63,926 bases of DNA from Rhina ancylostomus. Taxonomy: Eukaryota. The notes under the pieces are model-generated. The model was not told the DNA's origin. It worked only from the letters and a program-made list of their open reading frames with translations, and did no database searches. Every line of letters begins with the position of its first letter. Within the stretch, counting starts at the first letter, position 1. A program made the translations under genes and the position numbers. The stretch spans positions 69,148,620 to 69,212,545 of the forward strand of contig JARFYF010000002.1 of the NCBI GenBank assembly GCA_030265395.1, written 5' to 3'. Shown here one piece after another: positions 62,981 through 63,926 of the stretch.

Positions 62981-63926
62981 AATTAATGAGCAAAGGTGTA
63001 TCATGCATAGTGATCCCCTTATCTGTTGAAGGCTTTTGAATTTAGCCCCACAGCCTTTCTGATTAATGCAACCCTTGCTCATTACTCTGCTGAAGTGTTG
63101 GTCTGAAATATTGTATATTCATTTCAGTAGTGGGACACGAATCTGCAACCTTTGGGATTAAAGGCAGAAGTGAAGCACTTTACCACATGTAACAGTATTT
63201 GGTAAAGGATTAAGCAAAAGATTTAGAATCATAAATCATTTGGTAATAAAGTAATCTCAACCAGCTTCCAGCATGTTTACAAAATGTATTTATTTGTGTG
63301 GCTGTACATTCCATTTTCTAAGATTAAATTACAAAGCTACTGAACCAGTTCTTAAAACAATAATAATTGTTTTTAATTTAATTTTCTTGTGCAGGACTCT
63401 TATAGCTCTAAGAAATAGAATGTTCATGGGAGAAATGTTCAGTAAACCTGAACTTGCTGTTTTAAGCAAAGTAACAGTACAATCAGGAATTGTTGAGTGC
63501 TTTAATGAACACAGATCAGACATGAGGATTATTTCAGAATACTTTAATATTCTTTAATTGGATTTGACACCAATCATTCCAACACTGTATAAATTCTATG
63601 CTAAACTCCGTATGAACAGTCTATTTGTTTCCGTAAGTTAGTTTCAGCACTACTGGTGCTGCAAAATCTGGTTTATCATGCTGACAATATCTGAGGATTT
63701 TGTTATAGCAGCTGAGAAGCCATTTTGCAGCACCTGTCAAGATATTTACACTTACACATCTGCAGTGAGATGCTCCTATCTGTGGCTGACTAACCAGCAA
63801 TGTTTTCAGAAGACTGCGCTTCTCCTCAATGTATTTATTTTCATATTGTTATATTATCTTATGTCATAGAAGGAGGCCATTCAGTTCATCAGTTCTATGC
63901 TAGCTCTTAGAGCAATCCTATTCCTC

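Noticed and set aside
1-63926. Prokaryotic systems (CRISPR arrays, operons, phage genes)
   Set aside because: Spliced vertebrate gene and vertebrate TEs throughout; no regularly spaced repeat-spacer array
41900-63926. A divergent (+ strand) protein-coding gene sharing the TAF1B promoter
   Set aside because: No recognisable exons; the ORFs are short or TE-derived. A lncRNA or a remote first exon cannot be excluded

Overview
AT-rich eukaryotic genomic DNA with about a dozen N-gaps. The repeat landscape (HE1/V-SINEs, Deu-type SINEs, CR1, Rex1/Babar, RTE, Penelope-type ends) points to a cartilaginous fish, possibly a ray (inference). The one host gene I can support is TAF1B (RNA polymerase I SL1 subunit, TFIIB-like zinc ribbon) on the minus strand. 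I traced 12 coding exons by hand from the ATG at 41681 down to 2276. All have GT-AG boundaries and consistent phases (1274 nt, ~424 codons), and the remaining 3' exons lie beyond position 1. A CpG-island promoter sits at ~41.64-41.86 kb. The introns and the ~22 kb upstream region are filled with decayed transposable elements, and most entries in the ORF track are spurious, TE-derived or N-gap artefacts. I see no convincing new biological system. The best leads are: Penelope-type inverted repeats carrying decayed hammerhead-ribozyme cores; an in-frame alternative 5' splice site on exon 5 next to a long intronic hairpin; a solo Gypsy LTR with an intact 5-bp TSD; a cryptic Gypsy integrase remnant; and a homeodomain-P3 plus RFX X-box motif pair ~20 kb upstream. 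Repeat boundaries are approximate unless TIR/TSD are quoted, and repeat family names come from recognition, not a database search.
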